Shown: positions 17,870-27,580 of the stretch, piece by piece
Position numbering within the stretch: the stretch's first letter is position 1
Layout: the number at the start of each line of letters is the position of its first letter
NCBI GenBank assembly: GCA_023261815.1
Contig: JALNKA010000002.1
Span: 36,340-100,339 of the forward strand
DNA length: 64,000 nucleotides
Direction of reading: 5' to 3'
Source of the DNA: Candidatus Wolframiiraptor sinensis
Lineage (GTDB): Archaea > Thermoproteota > Nitrososphaeria_A > Caldarchaeales > Wolframiiraptoraceae
Notes under the pieces: generated by a model
Told to the model about the DNA's origin: nothing
What the model saw: the letters and a program-made list of their open reading frames with translations, nothing else
Database searches by the model: none
Program-made: the position numbers and the translations under genes

Positions 17870-19693
17870 CTAGATTATCTCGAGCTTCTTCAACGTCTCC
17901 TCGGGAACTCTTCCGTCGGGATCGTACTCATGCTTGCGATAATATTCGTCGAGCATTCTCTCGAACGTCTCGCGATCATAGACTTGGCCGTGGGACGAGG
18001 TTTCCTCGAAGAACCTCCTCGGCAGTATGTCATCCTTTCGCGAGAAGCCGTGAAGCTGGTTGAAGTATCTCTCCTGAGTCCATATTCTCTCGCCTATCTT
18101 GTCCAAGTCGTCGGGCGTTACCTCTAGGCCCGTTAAGCCGGAGTATAGGGCTGCATAATCCTCCTTCGTCATGGCGAAGCTGCTGAACTTGCAGAAGGTC
18201 ATGCTATCAAGGATCGCGAATAGCCTCTCAAAGAGAATCACGATATCGACCTTGCCATCGTAGGCAAGCGGATCCGTCTTATAGGGTATTCCAAGGACCT
18301 CGGAGGCTATGGCATATGCCCTGAGGTGGCAGGCACCCCTATTCGAGGTCGCATACGTCAATCCCATGCCCTTAACGCCTCTCGGATCGTAGGCCGGTAT
18401 GCTCAGCCCCTTAACGGACATCGAGATCTCGGGCGCGCCGAGCTTCTCAGCCGCTCTCGCTCCCCCTTCAGCCAGCAGGTTACCGAGCTCTCCCTCACGG
18501 TAAGATATCTTTCTCACGAGATCGATGAATGCGTCCGCGTCACCCCACTTCACCGCATCCTTTATCAATCCCATCTCGGATGCCTCGCATGCGACTGCGA
18601 GCGTGTTTCCGAGCTCTATCGTATCAAGACCGTATGCGTTGGCGAGGTAGTTCAGGTATGATATGGCCTCGATGTGCCCCAGCCCCGTCATCGCTCCGAG
18701 AGCCCAGATCGACTCGTATTCCGGCCCCTCGCTCTCGTGCTTGAACTTCCCATCCTTGACCTCGGACTCCCTCTTGCACGCCACGGGGCACATGAAGCAC
18801 GTCCATTGCCTCCTCAGAATCGTTCCCCTCAGGTTCTCGCCCGAGATGTAGTAGGCGTGCTCGAAGATGGTCTGCTTCGCGTTCCTCGTCGGGAATGCCT
18901 TGAGCTCATTTATGACGTTCACGAGCACCGCGGTCCCATAGACGGATAAGCCGCCCTTCCCCGGGCTCGTCACCTCGCTCTCACGAATCTTTCTAAGCGA
19001 TTCATCCACAGCTTTCCTGAACTTGCTCGGGTCAGCGGGCTGAGGCTTCCTCTTCAGATCTGGGAGCATCACGAGCCCCTTAACCCTCTTGCTCCCCATC
19101 ACGGCCCCAGTGCCACATCTTCCGGAAGCCCTGCCACCGGGCGCGAACCTGCTGAAATGCATTATGTTTGCGAACTTCACGAGGTTCTCTCCAGCGGGCC
19201 CGATGCCGTAGAACACGGCCTCCGCGCCATACTTCCTCTTAACAGACTGATACGCGTCGAAGGTGTTTTTGCCCCAAAGCGCCTTCGCGCTCTCAATCGT
19301 GATCGCGCCATTCTTAGCTACGAGAAGGACAGGGTCATCCGATGCTCCGGCTAGAATCACGCCATCGAAGCCCGAGAGCTTGAGCGCAGGCCCAGCGTAC
19401 CCGCCGCAATGGCTATCCGCGAATCCGCCAGTGAGCGGGGACCTAGTAACGGCAGCGATTCTATTGGATAGGGGGGCATCGCTGCCCGTCATCGGGCCGA
19501 CCATGATCGCGAGAATGTTCTCGGGTGATAGGGGATCCTTGCCAACGGCATGTTTCAGGAGGAATCTTCCGCCGAGGCCTCTTCCACCGATGAACTTGGC
19601 GGCCTCATCCTCATCAACTTCGAGATATTCAACGCGTTTCTCAGCGAGATCAACCCAGGCTATCCTATTCGCATAACCACTCACAGATGTCAC
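17870..19693 (-). CDS. aor: Tungsten-dependent aldehyde:ferredoxin oxidoreductase
   Basis: FIGGRGLG, GPAGENLV, GRCGTGAVMGSK, CFMCPVAC, GPEYES, YGLDTI, AYDPRG, NRGACHL. Confidence 0.92.
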   Translation of the reverse strand: MTSVSGYANRIAWVDLAEKRVEYLEVDEDEAAKFIGGRGLGGRFLLKHAVGKDPLSPENILAIMVGPMTGSDAPLSNRIAAVTRSPLTGGFADSHCGGYAGPALKLSGFDGVILAGASDDPVLLVAKNGAITIESAKALWGKNTFDAYQSVKRKYGAEAVFYGIGPAGENLVKFANIMHFSRFAPGGRASGRCGTGAVMGSKRVKGLVMLPDLKRKPQPADPSKFRKAVDESLRKIRESEVTSPGKGGLSVYGTAVLVNVINELKAFPTRNAKQTIFEHAYYISGENLRGTILRRQWTCFMCPVACKRESEVKDGKFKHESEGPEYESIWALGAMTGLGHIEAISYLNYLANAYGLDTIELGNTLAVACEASEMGLIKDAVKWGDADAFIDLVRKISYREGELGNLLAEGGARAAEKLGAPEISMSVKGLSIPAYDPRGVKGMGLTYATSNRGACHLRAYAIASEVLGIPYKTDPLAYDGKVDIVILFERLFAILDSMTFCKFSSFAMTKEDYAALYSGLTGLEVTPDDLDKIGERIWTQERYFNQLHGFSRKDDILPRRFFEETSSHGQVYDRETFERMLDEYYRKHEYDPDGRVPEETLKKLEII

Positions 19694-19752
19694 AATAACT
19701 GATTATCAGGGCTGCATATAAAAGCCTTTACGTCATTCATTTCGCCCATCTC

Positions 19753-21684
19753 TTATGGGTAGATTCTCTGCCCAGTTTCTTCGGCGACTCTGTAATGCGG
19801 TAGTCTACTTAGCTTCTCTGCGAAGCCTCTACTCCTCAGCGCTCCCAGAATCGCCTTCACCGACTCCTTGTAGAGCCTATCCCTTCGCACTGCGAGGTCG
19901 AATCTCTCATCCGCCAAGTAGATGAACTCAAGCCCATAGATCTCGGCGACGTATCCGATGGCTACCCCGACGTCGGCTCTCCCTTGCGAGACCGCCGCCG
20001 CGACAGCTGTATGAGTCCTCACCTGATAGGTATACCCCTTAATCCTCCTCTCCGGATCGGCTACTCCAATCCTCTTTAGCTGCAGATCCGTGAACGTCCT
20101 TATCCCGGATCCAGGAACCCTGTTGACGAAGATGATGTCGGGCCTCAGTAGATCCTCGAAGCTCCTGATGTTCTTCGGGTTTCCGGGCGCCGTTATGAAG
20201 CCTATCTCCCTGATATAGCCCCCATATATCTCGACTTCATCCTCGAGCCCGAGTCTCCTAGGCATGTGAACATTATATGTCATGGTCTCCTCGTCTAGGA
20301 GATGCGTTCCCACCACATCGGCCTCACCCCTCTTGAGCGCGAGCCATCCTCCAAGGGAGCCAACATTAATCAGCTTGACATTCCTTAATCCAGCAGCATC
20401 GATGAGCATGTCCAGCGCGGGGCAGTGGCTCCCGATGATCACAGCGCTCGCAGGCCTGAATCCCCTGAAGAGCTTCACCTCAACAATCTCGCCCTCGTCG
20501 AGAAGCTGCTTCTCGCCCGGTATCTCCATGAAGCCGTCGGCTTCTAGCAGCGCGGATGCTGAGCCCGAGTCTCCCAGAATCGGATATGCCCTTAAGCCCC
20601 TTGGCGTGGCAACTAGATGCACTGGGATCAGGTGGGTTCTGCCGCCAATAGTTAGCCTGAGGGCGGACTCAGCTTGAATGGTTTCAGGCTCCTCGGCATC
20701 GGCTCCCATCAACCTCATGAGGATGGGCTTGACGAGGGAAGTGAAGATCATCATCGCCGAGAGGGGAAAGCCGGGCAGCCCTATCAGCAGCTTACCATCA
20801 CGCGTCGCCGCGATTATCGTCGGCTTACCGGGCTTAACCCTAACCCCATGAACTATAATCCTCCCGAGCTTCTCGAAGGCCCTGTAAGTTAGGTCTTCGA
20901 GACCGGCCGATGTTCCACCCGAGGTTATCACCACGTCGTTCTCCTGAAGCGCCTCTTCCAACTTCTTGGTTATCGCCTCTTCATCGTCCGGCAATATCCC
21001 GCCGAACTCGGCGCTGAGGCCGAGCTCCCGTAGCATTCCGAGAATCGAGTAGCTATTAACATCGTAGACTTTGCCGAGCTCAAGGGATTGCCCCGGCCGA
21101 ACGAGCTCCCTGCCGATCGAGAAGACCGCGATCCGCGGCTTCCTATACACTCTCAACTTCGAGCAACCGAGAGCGGCAAGCGCGGCGATCCCCTTCGCGG
21201 TCAATATCCTCCCTCTTCTCAGGACGAGGTCTCCCGCCGAGATGTCTGAGCCAGCCTGCGCAATATTCTCCCCGGGCCTGACAGCCCTGAAGATCCTCAC
21301 GCTGTCGCCGGACCGGCTCGTATACTCGAGCATGACCACGGCGTTCGCCCCGCGCGGTATAGGGGCGCCCGTCGCGATCTCAGCACACTCGCCCTCACTT
21401 ATGAATACTCGCGGCTTCTCCCCAACATTGATTCTGCCGACCAGCCTGAGCTCGACCGGGTTATCCTCATCAGCGCGATAAGTATCCTCAGCTCTAACAG
21501 CATAACCATCGACGAGGGATCTATCGAATGGAGGCGAGTCAATCTCGGCGTATATGTCTGATGCCAGCGCTCTTCCGAGAGCATTCTCTAGGCTCACCTC
21601 CTCGGTTCCAAGGGGCGAGATCTCGCTGAGAGCTCGCTCAAGTGCCTCGCGAAGAGTCAGGAGCTCGTGGAAGATCCTCCTCAC
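19753..21684 (-). CDS. moeA: MoeA fused to a C-terminal periplasmic-binding-protein-like domain (Mo/W insertase)
   Basis: PPFDRSLVDGYAV, SGGTSAG, KPGKPT, GLPGFP, then IGSHC, GSLGG, VNRVPGSGIR, THTAVA. Confidence 0.92.
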   Translation of the reverse strand: MRRIFHELLTLREALERALSEISPLGTEEVSLENALGRALASDIYAEIDSPPFDRSLVDGYAVRAEDTYRADEDNPVELRLVGRINVGEKPRVFISEGECAEIATGAPIPRGANAVVMLEYTSRSGDSVRIFRAVRPGENIAQAGSDISAGDLVLRRGRILTAKGIAALAALGCSKLRVYRKPRIAVFSIGRELVRPGQSLELGKVYDVNSYSILGMLRELGLSAEFGGILPDDEEAITKKLEEALQENDVVITSGGTSAGLEDLTYRAFEKLGRIIVHGVRVKPGKPTIIAATRDGKLLIGLPGFPLSAMMIFTSLVKPILMRLMGADAEEPETIQAESALRLTIGGRTHLIPVHLVATPRGLRAYPILGDSGSASALLEADGFMEIPGEKQLLDEGEIVEVKLFRGFRPASAVIIGSHCPALDMLIDAAGLRNVKLINVGSLGGWLALKRGEADVVGTHLLDEETMTYNVHMPRRLGLEDEVEIYGGYIREIGFITAPGNPKNIRSFEDLLRPDIIFVNRVPGSGIRTFTDLQLKRIGVADPERRIKGYTYQVRTHTAVAAAVSQGRADVGVAIGYVAEIYGLEFIYLADERFDLAVRRDRLYKESVKAILGALRSRGFAEKLSRLPHYRVAEETGQRIYP

Positions 21685-22955
21685 ATCTCATCACCCTCGA
21701 GAATGGGTGAGAGGAGAATGACCTCGACCTCCGAGCCCTCATCAAAGCCCTCAAGCTCCTCCGGTATGACCAGTAAGCCGTTGCCGCGCGTGAGGGTTGA
21801 GAGAATTCCGGAGCCGGTTACCCTCAGAGGCTCGATCGAGATCTCTCCATCCCCGCTCTTGAAGACCCTAACCCTGGCATAAGTCCTGATCCCAGGCGGA
21901 GATGCTATCCTCCTAGTAAGCCTCCCCCTTATCCTCGGAGGAGGATCAAATCTGCATCCAAGCATGAGCTCTAGGGCCGGGATAACGAGCTCCTGAAATC
22001 CTATTAGCGCCGCGACCGGAAAGCCCGAGAGCATGAATATGGGCTTGCCCGAGGAGATCGCGAAGCCCGTGGGCTTACCCGGCCTAATCGCGAGCCCATG
22101 AGCCACTATCTCGCCCACTTTCGAGATCACTTCTGGAACGAGATCCCGCTCCCCGACGCTCGTGCCGCCGGTAACTATCACAGAATCAGCTCTCCTTAAT
22201 CCATCCGAAATTCTCTCGGAGATGAGCTTGACGTCATCTGGGACGGCGCCTAGATCGATCGGCTCTGCACCATGCGATGTGAGCATGACCTTGAGCATGG
22301 GCTTAGTGCAATTATACACCTTGCCGGGAGCGGGTTCTTCTCCGGGCTCGATGAGCTCGCTGCCCGTCGAGAGAATGGCTACGCGGGGTCTTCTGAGAAC
22401 CCTCAAGCTCCTGAAGCCGAGCGATGCGAGGGCCGCGATATGCCATGGCTTAATCAGCAACCCTCTCCGCAAGACTACATCGCCCCTCCGATAATCCTCA
22501 CCCCTCCCAGAGATGTTCTGGAGCGGCCGAACATGCTCATACACCTCAACGCGGTCGCCGGCTCTTCTAGCATGCTCAAGTGGTACGACCGCATTCGCCC
22601 CGGGGGGAATCGGGCCGCCGGTCGGCACCTCAACCGCCTCGCCCCTCCGGATCTCGGGGAGAAATGATGGATCTGCGCCGAGTTCTATCCTGCCAACCAG
22701 CTTAAGCTCCACGGGGTTGGTCGGAGAGGCGCCGAAAGTATCCTCGGCCACGACGGCGTAGCCATCGACAGCGCTTCTATCATGTGGTGGCGAGTCCATC
22801 GGAGACGTGATGTCCTCGCCGCAGACCCTGCCAGCGGCCGCTGTAAGCTCAACCTCCTCAACCTCCATTATCCTATGCGTGATCCTCTTCCTCAGCATGT
22901 CTCTAGCATCATCGATGGACATAAGTCTCGGAAAACCCTTCATCCGCTCCCTCAT
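21681..22955 (-). CDS. moeA: Molybdopterin/tungstopterin metal insertase MoeA
   Basis: PPHDRSAVDGYAV, STGSEL, TGGTSVGERD, RPGKPT, LSGFP. Confidence 0.92.
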   Translation of the reverse strand: MRERMKGFPRLMSIDDARDMLRKRITHRIMEVEEVELTAAAGRVCGEDITSPMDSPPHDRSAVDGYAVVAEDTFGASPTNPVELKLVGRIELGADPSFLPEIRRGEAVEVPTGGPIPPGANAVVPLEHARRAGDRVEVYEHVRPLQNISGRGEDYRRGDVVLRRGLLIKPWHIAALASLGFRSLRVLRRPRVAILSTGSELIEPGEEPAPGKVYNCTKPMLKVMLTSHGAEPIDLGAVPDDVKLISERISDGLRRADSVIVTGGTSVGERDLVPEVISKVGEIVAHGLAIRPGKPTGFAISSGKPIFMLSGFPVAALIGFQELVIPALELMLGCRFDPPPRIRGRLTRRIASPPGIRTYARVRVFKSGDGEISIEPLRVTGSGILSTLTRGNGLLVIPEELEGFDEGSEVEVILLSPILEGDEM

Positions 22956-23060
22956 CGCCGGCAAATAACGTGATTCCCGGGCCTATAATGTTCTCGGCGC
23001 GGTGAGGTTGCCGGCAGATTGTCAGAAAAGGTGATAAGCAAATCCGCATATTTCATCCGG

Positions 23061-23080
23061 TTGACGGAATCATCCGTTAA
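23061..23080. promoter_or_regulatory. Candidate operator inverted repeat upstream of asparagine synthetase
   Basis: TTGACGGA-ATCA-TCCGTTAA (7/8 arm match) just upstream of a TATA-like AAATATAG. Confidence 0.4.
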
Positions 23081-23122
23081 AAAGACAAATATAGTGCGCT
23101 TATCTCGATCAAGGAGCGCTGG

Positions 23123-24070
23123 ATGAGGGGGCTAATGCTCGAAGGGCTGGACTTGAGAAAGCCAATGAGCGGCCATAAGCTCGCGATACTCAGGATCCAG
23201 GCTGGAGTGCTTAAGGTCATGGTGAATAAGCTCCTAGAAAGGGGCTTCTACTGGATACTCCCCGTCATCCTCTCCAAGTCCACTGACCCTCTATGGCCCG
23301 ACCCCGACTTCAGCATAGAGAAAAGGATCGAGGTCGAGATCTACGGCGAAAAGGTATCGGCCATGCAAAGCATGATAGTTCATAAGAGAGTTCTCGTCTC
23401 ACTCGGCCCCGAGAAGATATTCATACTCTCGCCGAACATAAGGATAGAAAGGAGAGATAGAGCTGCAACCGGAAGACACCTCTACGAGTTCACCCAATTC
23501 GAGGTCGAGGTAGCATACGCGAAAATGCACGACATCTTCAGGATCTATGAAGAACTGATAACGGAGTCAATAAAATACGTTAAGGAGAGTCTTCCTCACG
23601 AGCTTGAGATCCTTGGAAGAGAGCTGAGGATTCCGCAGGCGCCATTCAAGGTTTACAAGCGGATCGAGCTCGAGGAGAAATATGGGAGCTCGTGGCAGGA
23701 CGAGATCTCAAAAATTATCAAAGACCCGGTCTGGGTGACCGGGATACCGAGGCAGTTCTATGATTACGAGGATCCGGAGACCGGCGAATGGAGAAACTAC
23801 GATCTAATCCTGCCAGAAGGATATGGTGAGGTAATCTCTGGAGCTGAGCGGGAATACGAGTACGAGAAGCTCGTCATGAAGCTCGAGCGAGATGGCCTGG
23901 AGAAATCGAGTTACAAGATCCTCCTAGATCTCGCGAGGGAGGGTCTGCTGAAGCCGTCGGCGGGAGCGGGGCTCGGAATAGAGCGGTTCATAGCATACAT
24001 CACGGGAGCGCGGCACGTAGCGGAAGTCCAGCCATTCCCGAGAATACCCGGCATAGTTCCAGACGTCTAA
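23123..24070 (+). CDS. asnA: Archaeal asparagine synthetase A (AspRS/AsnRS catalytic-domain paralog)
   Basis: TDPLWPDP, QSMIVHK, SPNIRIE, RHLYEFTQ, GEVISGAERE, GAGLGIER, FPRIPG; no OB anticodon domain. Confidence 0.88.
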   Translation: MRGLMLEGLDLRKPMSGHKLAILRIQAGVLKVMVNKLLERGFYWILPVILSKSTDPLWPDPDFSIEKRIEVEIYGEKVSAMQSMIVHKRVLVSLGPEKIFILSPNIRIERRDRAATGRHLYEFTQFEVEVAYAKMHDIFRIYEELITESIKYVKESLPHELEILGRELRIPQAPFKVYKRIELEEKYGSSWQDEISKIIKDPVWVTGIPRQFYDYEDPETGEWRNYDLILPEGYGEVISGAEREYEYEKLVMKLERDGLEKSSYKILLDLAREGLLKPSAGAGLGIERFIAYITGARHVAEVQPFPRIPGIVPDV

Positions 24071-24267
24071 GAATCCATCATCATGCGAGGTCCATCGTAA
24101 GCTGGATGCATTGATCTTAAGGAAGGCGAAGCCTTGATCGAGATGTTTTACACTATGCGGGCTCATCAGAGGCGGTGGATGGATGCGAGGTGCATGGAAT
24201 ATTGTCGGATATCCAGGCCTTTTAACATGCTCTCATCTTTATATCTCGAGACGATGCTCCTTTACCC

Positions 24268-24789
24268 GTGGTCAAGAGGTTTAACCTCATAGTTACAACC
24301 GCGAGGGGCATGGAGAATCTCGCGGCGATAGAGCTCGAGGACCTACTAAGGTTCCTCGGCGATAATGAGCCTCAGGTATCTGTGACGAGCATCTCCGGCC
24401 TCCTGACCGCGTGGACGAGCCTCAATCCATTTGAGGTGATTGAGAGGGTTAGGGCGATAGCCGAGGAGGAGCCTTGGAGGGTTGGAAGTCTCATGAGGAT
24501 GATTCCCATAGAAGAAGTCGTTGACTCGAATCTCGAGATGATAGCCGAGGCTGTCGGGAGGGTTGCATCCAAGATACCGGCGGATCAAAGCTTCAGGATA
24601 ACTATCGAGAAGAGGCACACGTCGCTCTCGAGCTCCGAGATAATCGAGGCAACCGCGAAGAACGTCGATAGGAGAGTTGACCTGAAGAACCCGGACTGGA
24701 TAGTCCTGATAGAGGTCGTCGGAGCATACACCGGCATCTCCGTGCTAAAGCCCGACCAGATACTGAGCCTGGCGAAGCTTAGGAGATAG
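24268..24789 (+). CDS. THUMP domain RNA-binding protein
   Basis: FNLIVTT, SFRITIEKR, VDLKNPDWIVLIEV. Confidence 0.88.
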   Translation: MVKRFNLIVTTARGMENLAAIELEDLLRFLGDNEPQVSVTSISGLLTAWTSLNPFEVIERVRAIAEEEPWRVGSLMRMIPIEEVVDSNLEMIAEAVGRVASKIPADQSFRITIEKRHTSLSSSEIIEATAKNVDRRVDLKNPDWIVLIEVVGAYTGISVLKPDQILSLAKLRR

Positions 24790-24844
24790 GATACCGCTAA
24801 AAAGAATAATTGCTAAATAGTGACCTGTAACCCGGTTCAGCGGT

Positions 24845-25135
24845 ATGATCGAGGAGATAGGTCGGATAGCTGTGAAAACCTCGGGCAGAGAGGCCGGGAA
24901 GAAGTGCGTGATAGTCGACGTGATAGACAAGAACTTCGTTCTGGTGACTGGACCGAAGCAGCTCACGGGCATCCGGAGGAGGAAGGCCAACGTAAGGCAC
25001 TTGGCATTCACGCCTCACAGGATAGAGATCGGGAGAGGAGCCAGCGACGAGGAGGTGATGAGGGCCTTGGAGGCGGCTGGTCTGATCGACTACATGAAAT
25101 CCAAGGTCAGAGTTGAGCTGGGGACCCTGGCCTAA
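24845..25135 (+). CDS. rpl14e: 50S ribosomal protein eL14
   Basis: IGRIAVKTSGREAGKKCVIVDVIDKNFVLVTGPK. Confidence 0.96.
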   Translation: MIEEIGRIAVKTSGREAGKKCVIVDVIDKNFVLVTGPKQLTGIRRRKANVRHLAFTPHRIEIGRGASDEEVMRALEAAGLIDYMKSKVRVELGTLA

Positions 25136-25174
25136 GATAACATTTTTGAACGGAGATAACGTCCTCTCAGCCGG

Positions 25175-26188
25175 ATGATCTTCGAGGCGGTTAAGCCTCC
25201 ATGGGAGATAGAGCGCAGAATACTGGTCAGGGTTGATGCTGAGAGCGATCCAAGCTATGGATCCCCGCCGCATGAGAGGCCGATAGAAGAGCTCCTCAAA
25301 GCCTGCATAGTCAATGTGGATAAGCCTCGCGGGCCGACGAGCCATGAGATAGCCTTCACGGTGAGGGAGCTTCTCGGCGTGGGGCAGGCGGGCCATGGTG
25401 GAACGCTCGATCCAGCGGTCTCAGGAGTTCTCCCGATACTGGTTGATGAGGCGACCAAGTGCGCTGGAGCGATCATGAGCGGCGGGAAAGAATACATCTG
25501 CCTCATGAGGCTTCATGAAGACATCTCGGATGAGGATCTCGAGAGGGCTTTAAGATTCTTCACAGGTGAGATATATCAGGTTCCGCCAGTTAGGTCGAGT
25601 GTCTCGCGGAGAATTAGGGCGAGGACCATATACAGGATAGAGCTCATCGAGAGGGATGGAAGAAATGTGTTGATGAAGGTAGCCTGCTCCGGCGGAACAT
25701 ACATTCGGAGGCTTTGCAGAGACATCGGCTTATACTTGAGATGCGGCGCCCACATGCAGGAGCTCAGGAGGACGAGAGCCGGCCCATTCGTCGAGGAGAA
25801 GGCTCACACGCTATTAGACCTCTACTCGGCGCTGAAGGATTACAGGGAGAGCGGTGACGAAACTCAGCTGAGGGTGATACTAAGGCCCGTCGAAGAGGCT
25901 GTAGAGTACATGCCGAAGGTTTTCATCCTGGACACCGCGGTCGACGCGATATGCCATGGAGCAAACCTTGCGGTGGTCGGGATAGCAAAGGTCGAGAATA
26001 CTGTTGAGAGGGGTGCGCCCGTCGCCGTCATGACGCTGAAGGGCGAGCTCGTGGCAATTGGGAGAAGCATGATGAGCGCCATGGAGATGCTCGAGAAAGA
26101 TCATGGAATAGCCGTGGACACGGAGCGCGTGATAATGAAGAGAGGAATATATCCGGCGATCTGGAAGGGTGGTAAGAGGCCGAGCTAA
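25175..26188 (+). CDS. cbf5: H/ACA pseudouridine synthase Cbf5
   Basis: DKPRGPTSHE, GHGGTLDP, GTYIR, MQELRRTR, C-terminal PUA domain. Confidence 0.95.
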   Translation: MIFEAVKPPWEIERRILVRVDAESDPSYGSPPHERPIEELLKACIVNVDKPRGPTSHEIAFTVRELLGVGQAGHGGTLDPAVSGVLPILVDEATKCAGAIMSGGKEYICLMRLHEDISDEDLERALRFFTGEIYQVPPVRSSVSRRIRARTIYRIELIERDGRNVLMKVACSGGTYIRRLCRDIGLYLRCGAHMQELRRTRAGPFVEEKAHTLLDLYSALKDYRESGDETQLRVILRPVEEAVEYMPKVFILDTAVDAICHGANLAVVGIAKVENTVERGAPVAVMTLKGELVAIGRSMMSAMEMLEKDHGIAVDTERVIMKRGIYPAIWKGGKRPS

Positions 26189-27417
26189 ATTAGGAGCGAG
26201 AGGAGAACAAGGGTCTCAGCATCCCTCCGAATATTCTCGATTTTGCAGTACTCATTTGGCTTATGGGCCATACCATCCAGCGTGGACCAGACCGCTGCTG
26301 GAATGTGCTGAGCTCTGAGAAGAGCAGCGCAGGTCCCGCCGCCGATCCCAATTATCCTGGCATCAATGTTTCTCGAGAGCTTCAGGGCTTCAGAGAGCTT
26401 TCTGACGACATTCGCGCTTAGGGGCGTCGGCGGGGGAGCCTCCCACCTCATAGCCTCCTCAACCTCGATCTTCACACCATACATTGACTCGAATCTCACG
26501 CAGAGATCCCTCACAGCGGATAAAACCTCCTCCAGCGAGTATCTTGGCAGTATCCTGCAATCAAAGTAGAAGATGTCCGTGCCGGGAACGGTGTTCACGT
26601 TATTAACGTTCAATTCCTTCTTGGTGGGCTCAAATGTCGACTTGGGCGGGATATAGAGCTCGTCGCTCTCGCCGAATTTCTCGTGTAATATGTCATCTAG
26701 GGCTACTAGTAGCCGGGCCCCAACCCTGTGAGCGTTTATACCGTGGTGGGGGAATGCTGCATGGGCCTGGACGCCGCGCACAATGAACCTCAGCCAGAGC
26801 ATGTGCTTCTCCGCGATCTCTATCTTCGAGCCATCCGGCGAACCGTAATCGAGGACGACAGCCTCATCGTGATCGCCGAATATGCCTTTTTTCACGAGCT
26901 GCTCGAGGCCATACTTGTTGCCAGCCTCCTCATCGGAGACGAAGATCATTCCGAGATTTACCCTCGGCCTAAGCTCGAGCTCCATGAGTATTCTCGCGGC
27001 CAGGAGCATGGAGGCGATCGCCTGGCCATTATCCTCGGCGCCCCTCGCGTATATCCTACCATCCCTGATCACCGGCTCGAATGGGTTCGTCTCCCAGAGT
27101 CTCGCATCGCCCTCCGGGACTGTATCCATGTGAGCTATCAGCCAAAGCACCTTATCTCGGTTCTCACCCTCAATAAGCGCTACGATATTTGGCCTGACGC
27201 CGCCCTCAGCCCTATCATCGGGAACATCGATTCTAGTAATATGCTCGATCCCGAGCTCCGAGAGTGCTGCCTGAATCTTCTCCGCCCTCCTAAGCTCGCC
27301 CCGGCCTCCAGCAGATGGATTCACCGCCGGAACCCTCAAAACATCGATAAACGCCTCGACAACCTCATTCAAGCTCCTCTCCGCAGCGCCGCTAATTCTC
27401 TCTATAAGCCCCCTCAC
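26185..27417 (-). CDS. M20 family metallo-hydrolase (DapE/ArgE-like)
   Basis: AHMDTVP, YARGAEDNG, SDEE, GVQAHA, AHKPNE. Confidence 0.88.
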   Translation of the reverse strand: MRGLIERISGAAERSLNEVVEAFIDVLRVPAVNPSAGGRGELRRAEKIQAALSELGIEHITRIDVPDDRAEGGVRPNIVALIEGENRDKVLWLIAHMDTVPEGDARLWETNPFEPVIRDGRIYARGAEDNGQAIASMLLAARILMELELRPRVNLGMIFVSDEEAGNKYGLEQLVKKGIFGDHDEAVVLDYGSPDGSKIEIAEKHMLWLRFIVRGVQAHAAFPHHGINAHRVGARLLVALDDILHEKFGESDELYIPPKSTFEPTKKELNVNNVNTVPGTDIFYFDCRILPRYSLEEVLSAVRDLCVRFESMYGVKIEVEEAMRWEAPPPTPLSANVVRKLSEALKLSRNIDARIIGIGGGTCAALLRAQHIPAAVWSTLDGMAHKPNEYCKIENIRRDAETLVLLSLLI

Positions 27418-27500
27418 GGAGTAATCAAGTTTGAAACGGGGAGTATAAGCATTTTGACATTGATTTCAGGCTAGCGCTCATAAAGTTTTCTCCGGCAACT

Positions 27501-27549
27501 ATCTATATAGATTATGGCCTGATCTATATTTTATTTCCGAAATCTACAT
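27501..27549 (+). promoter_or_regulatory. Phased ATCTAYAT repeats and palindrome upstream of pstS
   Basis: ATCTATATAGAT perfect palindrome at 27501-27512; ATCTATAT at 27522; ATCTACAT at 27542. Confidence 0.55.
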
Positions 27550-27580
27550 AAAGAACCCTCCAGATATCGGGGCCGAGAAC

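Noticed and set aside
24791-24846. 8-bp inverted repeat ATACCGCT/AGCGGTAT touching the rpl14e start
   Set aside because: An AT-rich probable promoter lies between the arms, so both may not be on one transcript; the length is compatible with chance.
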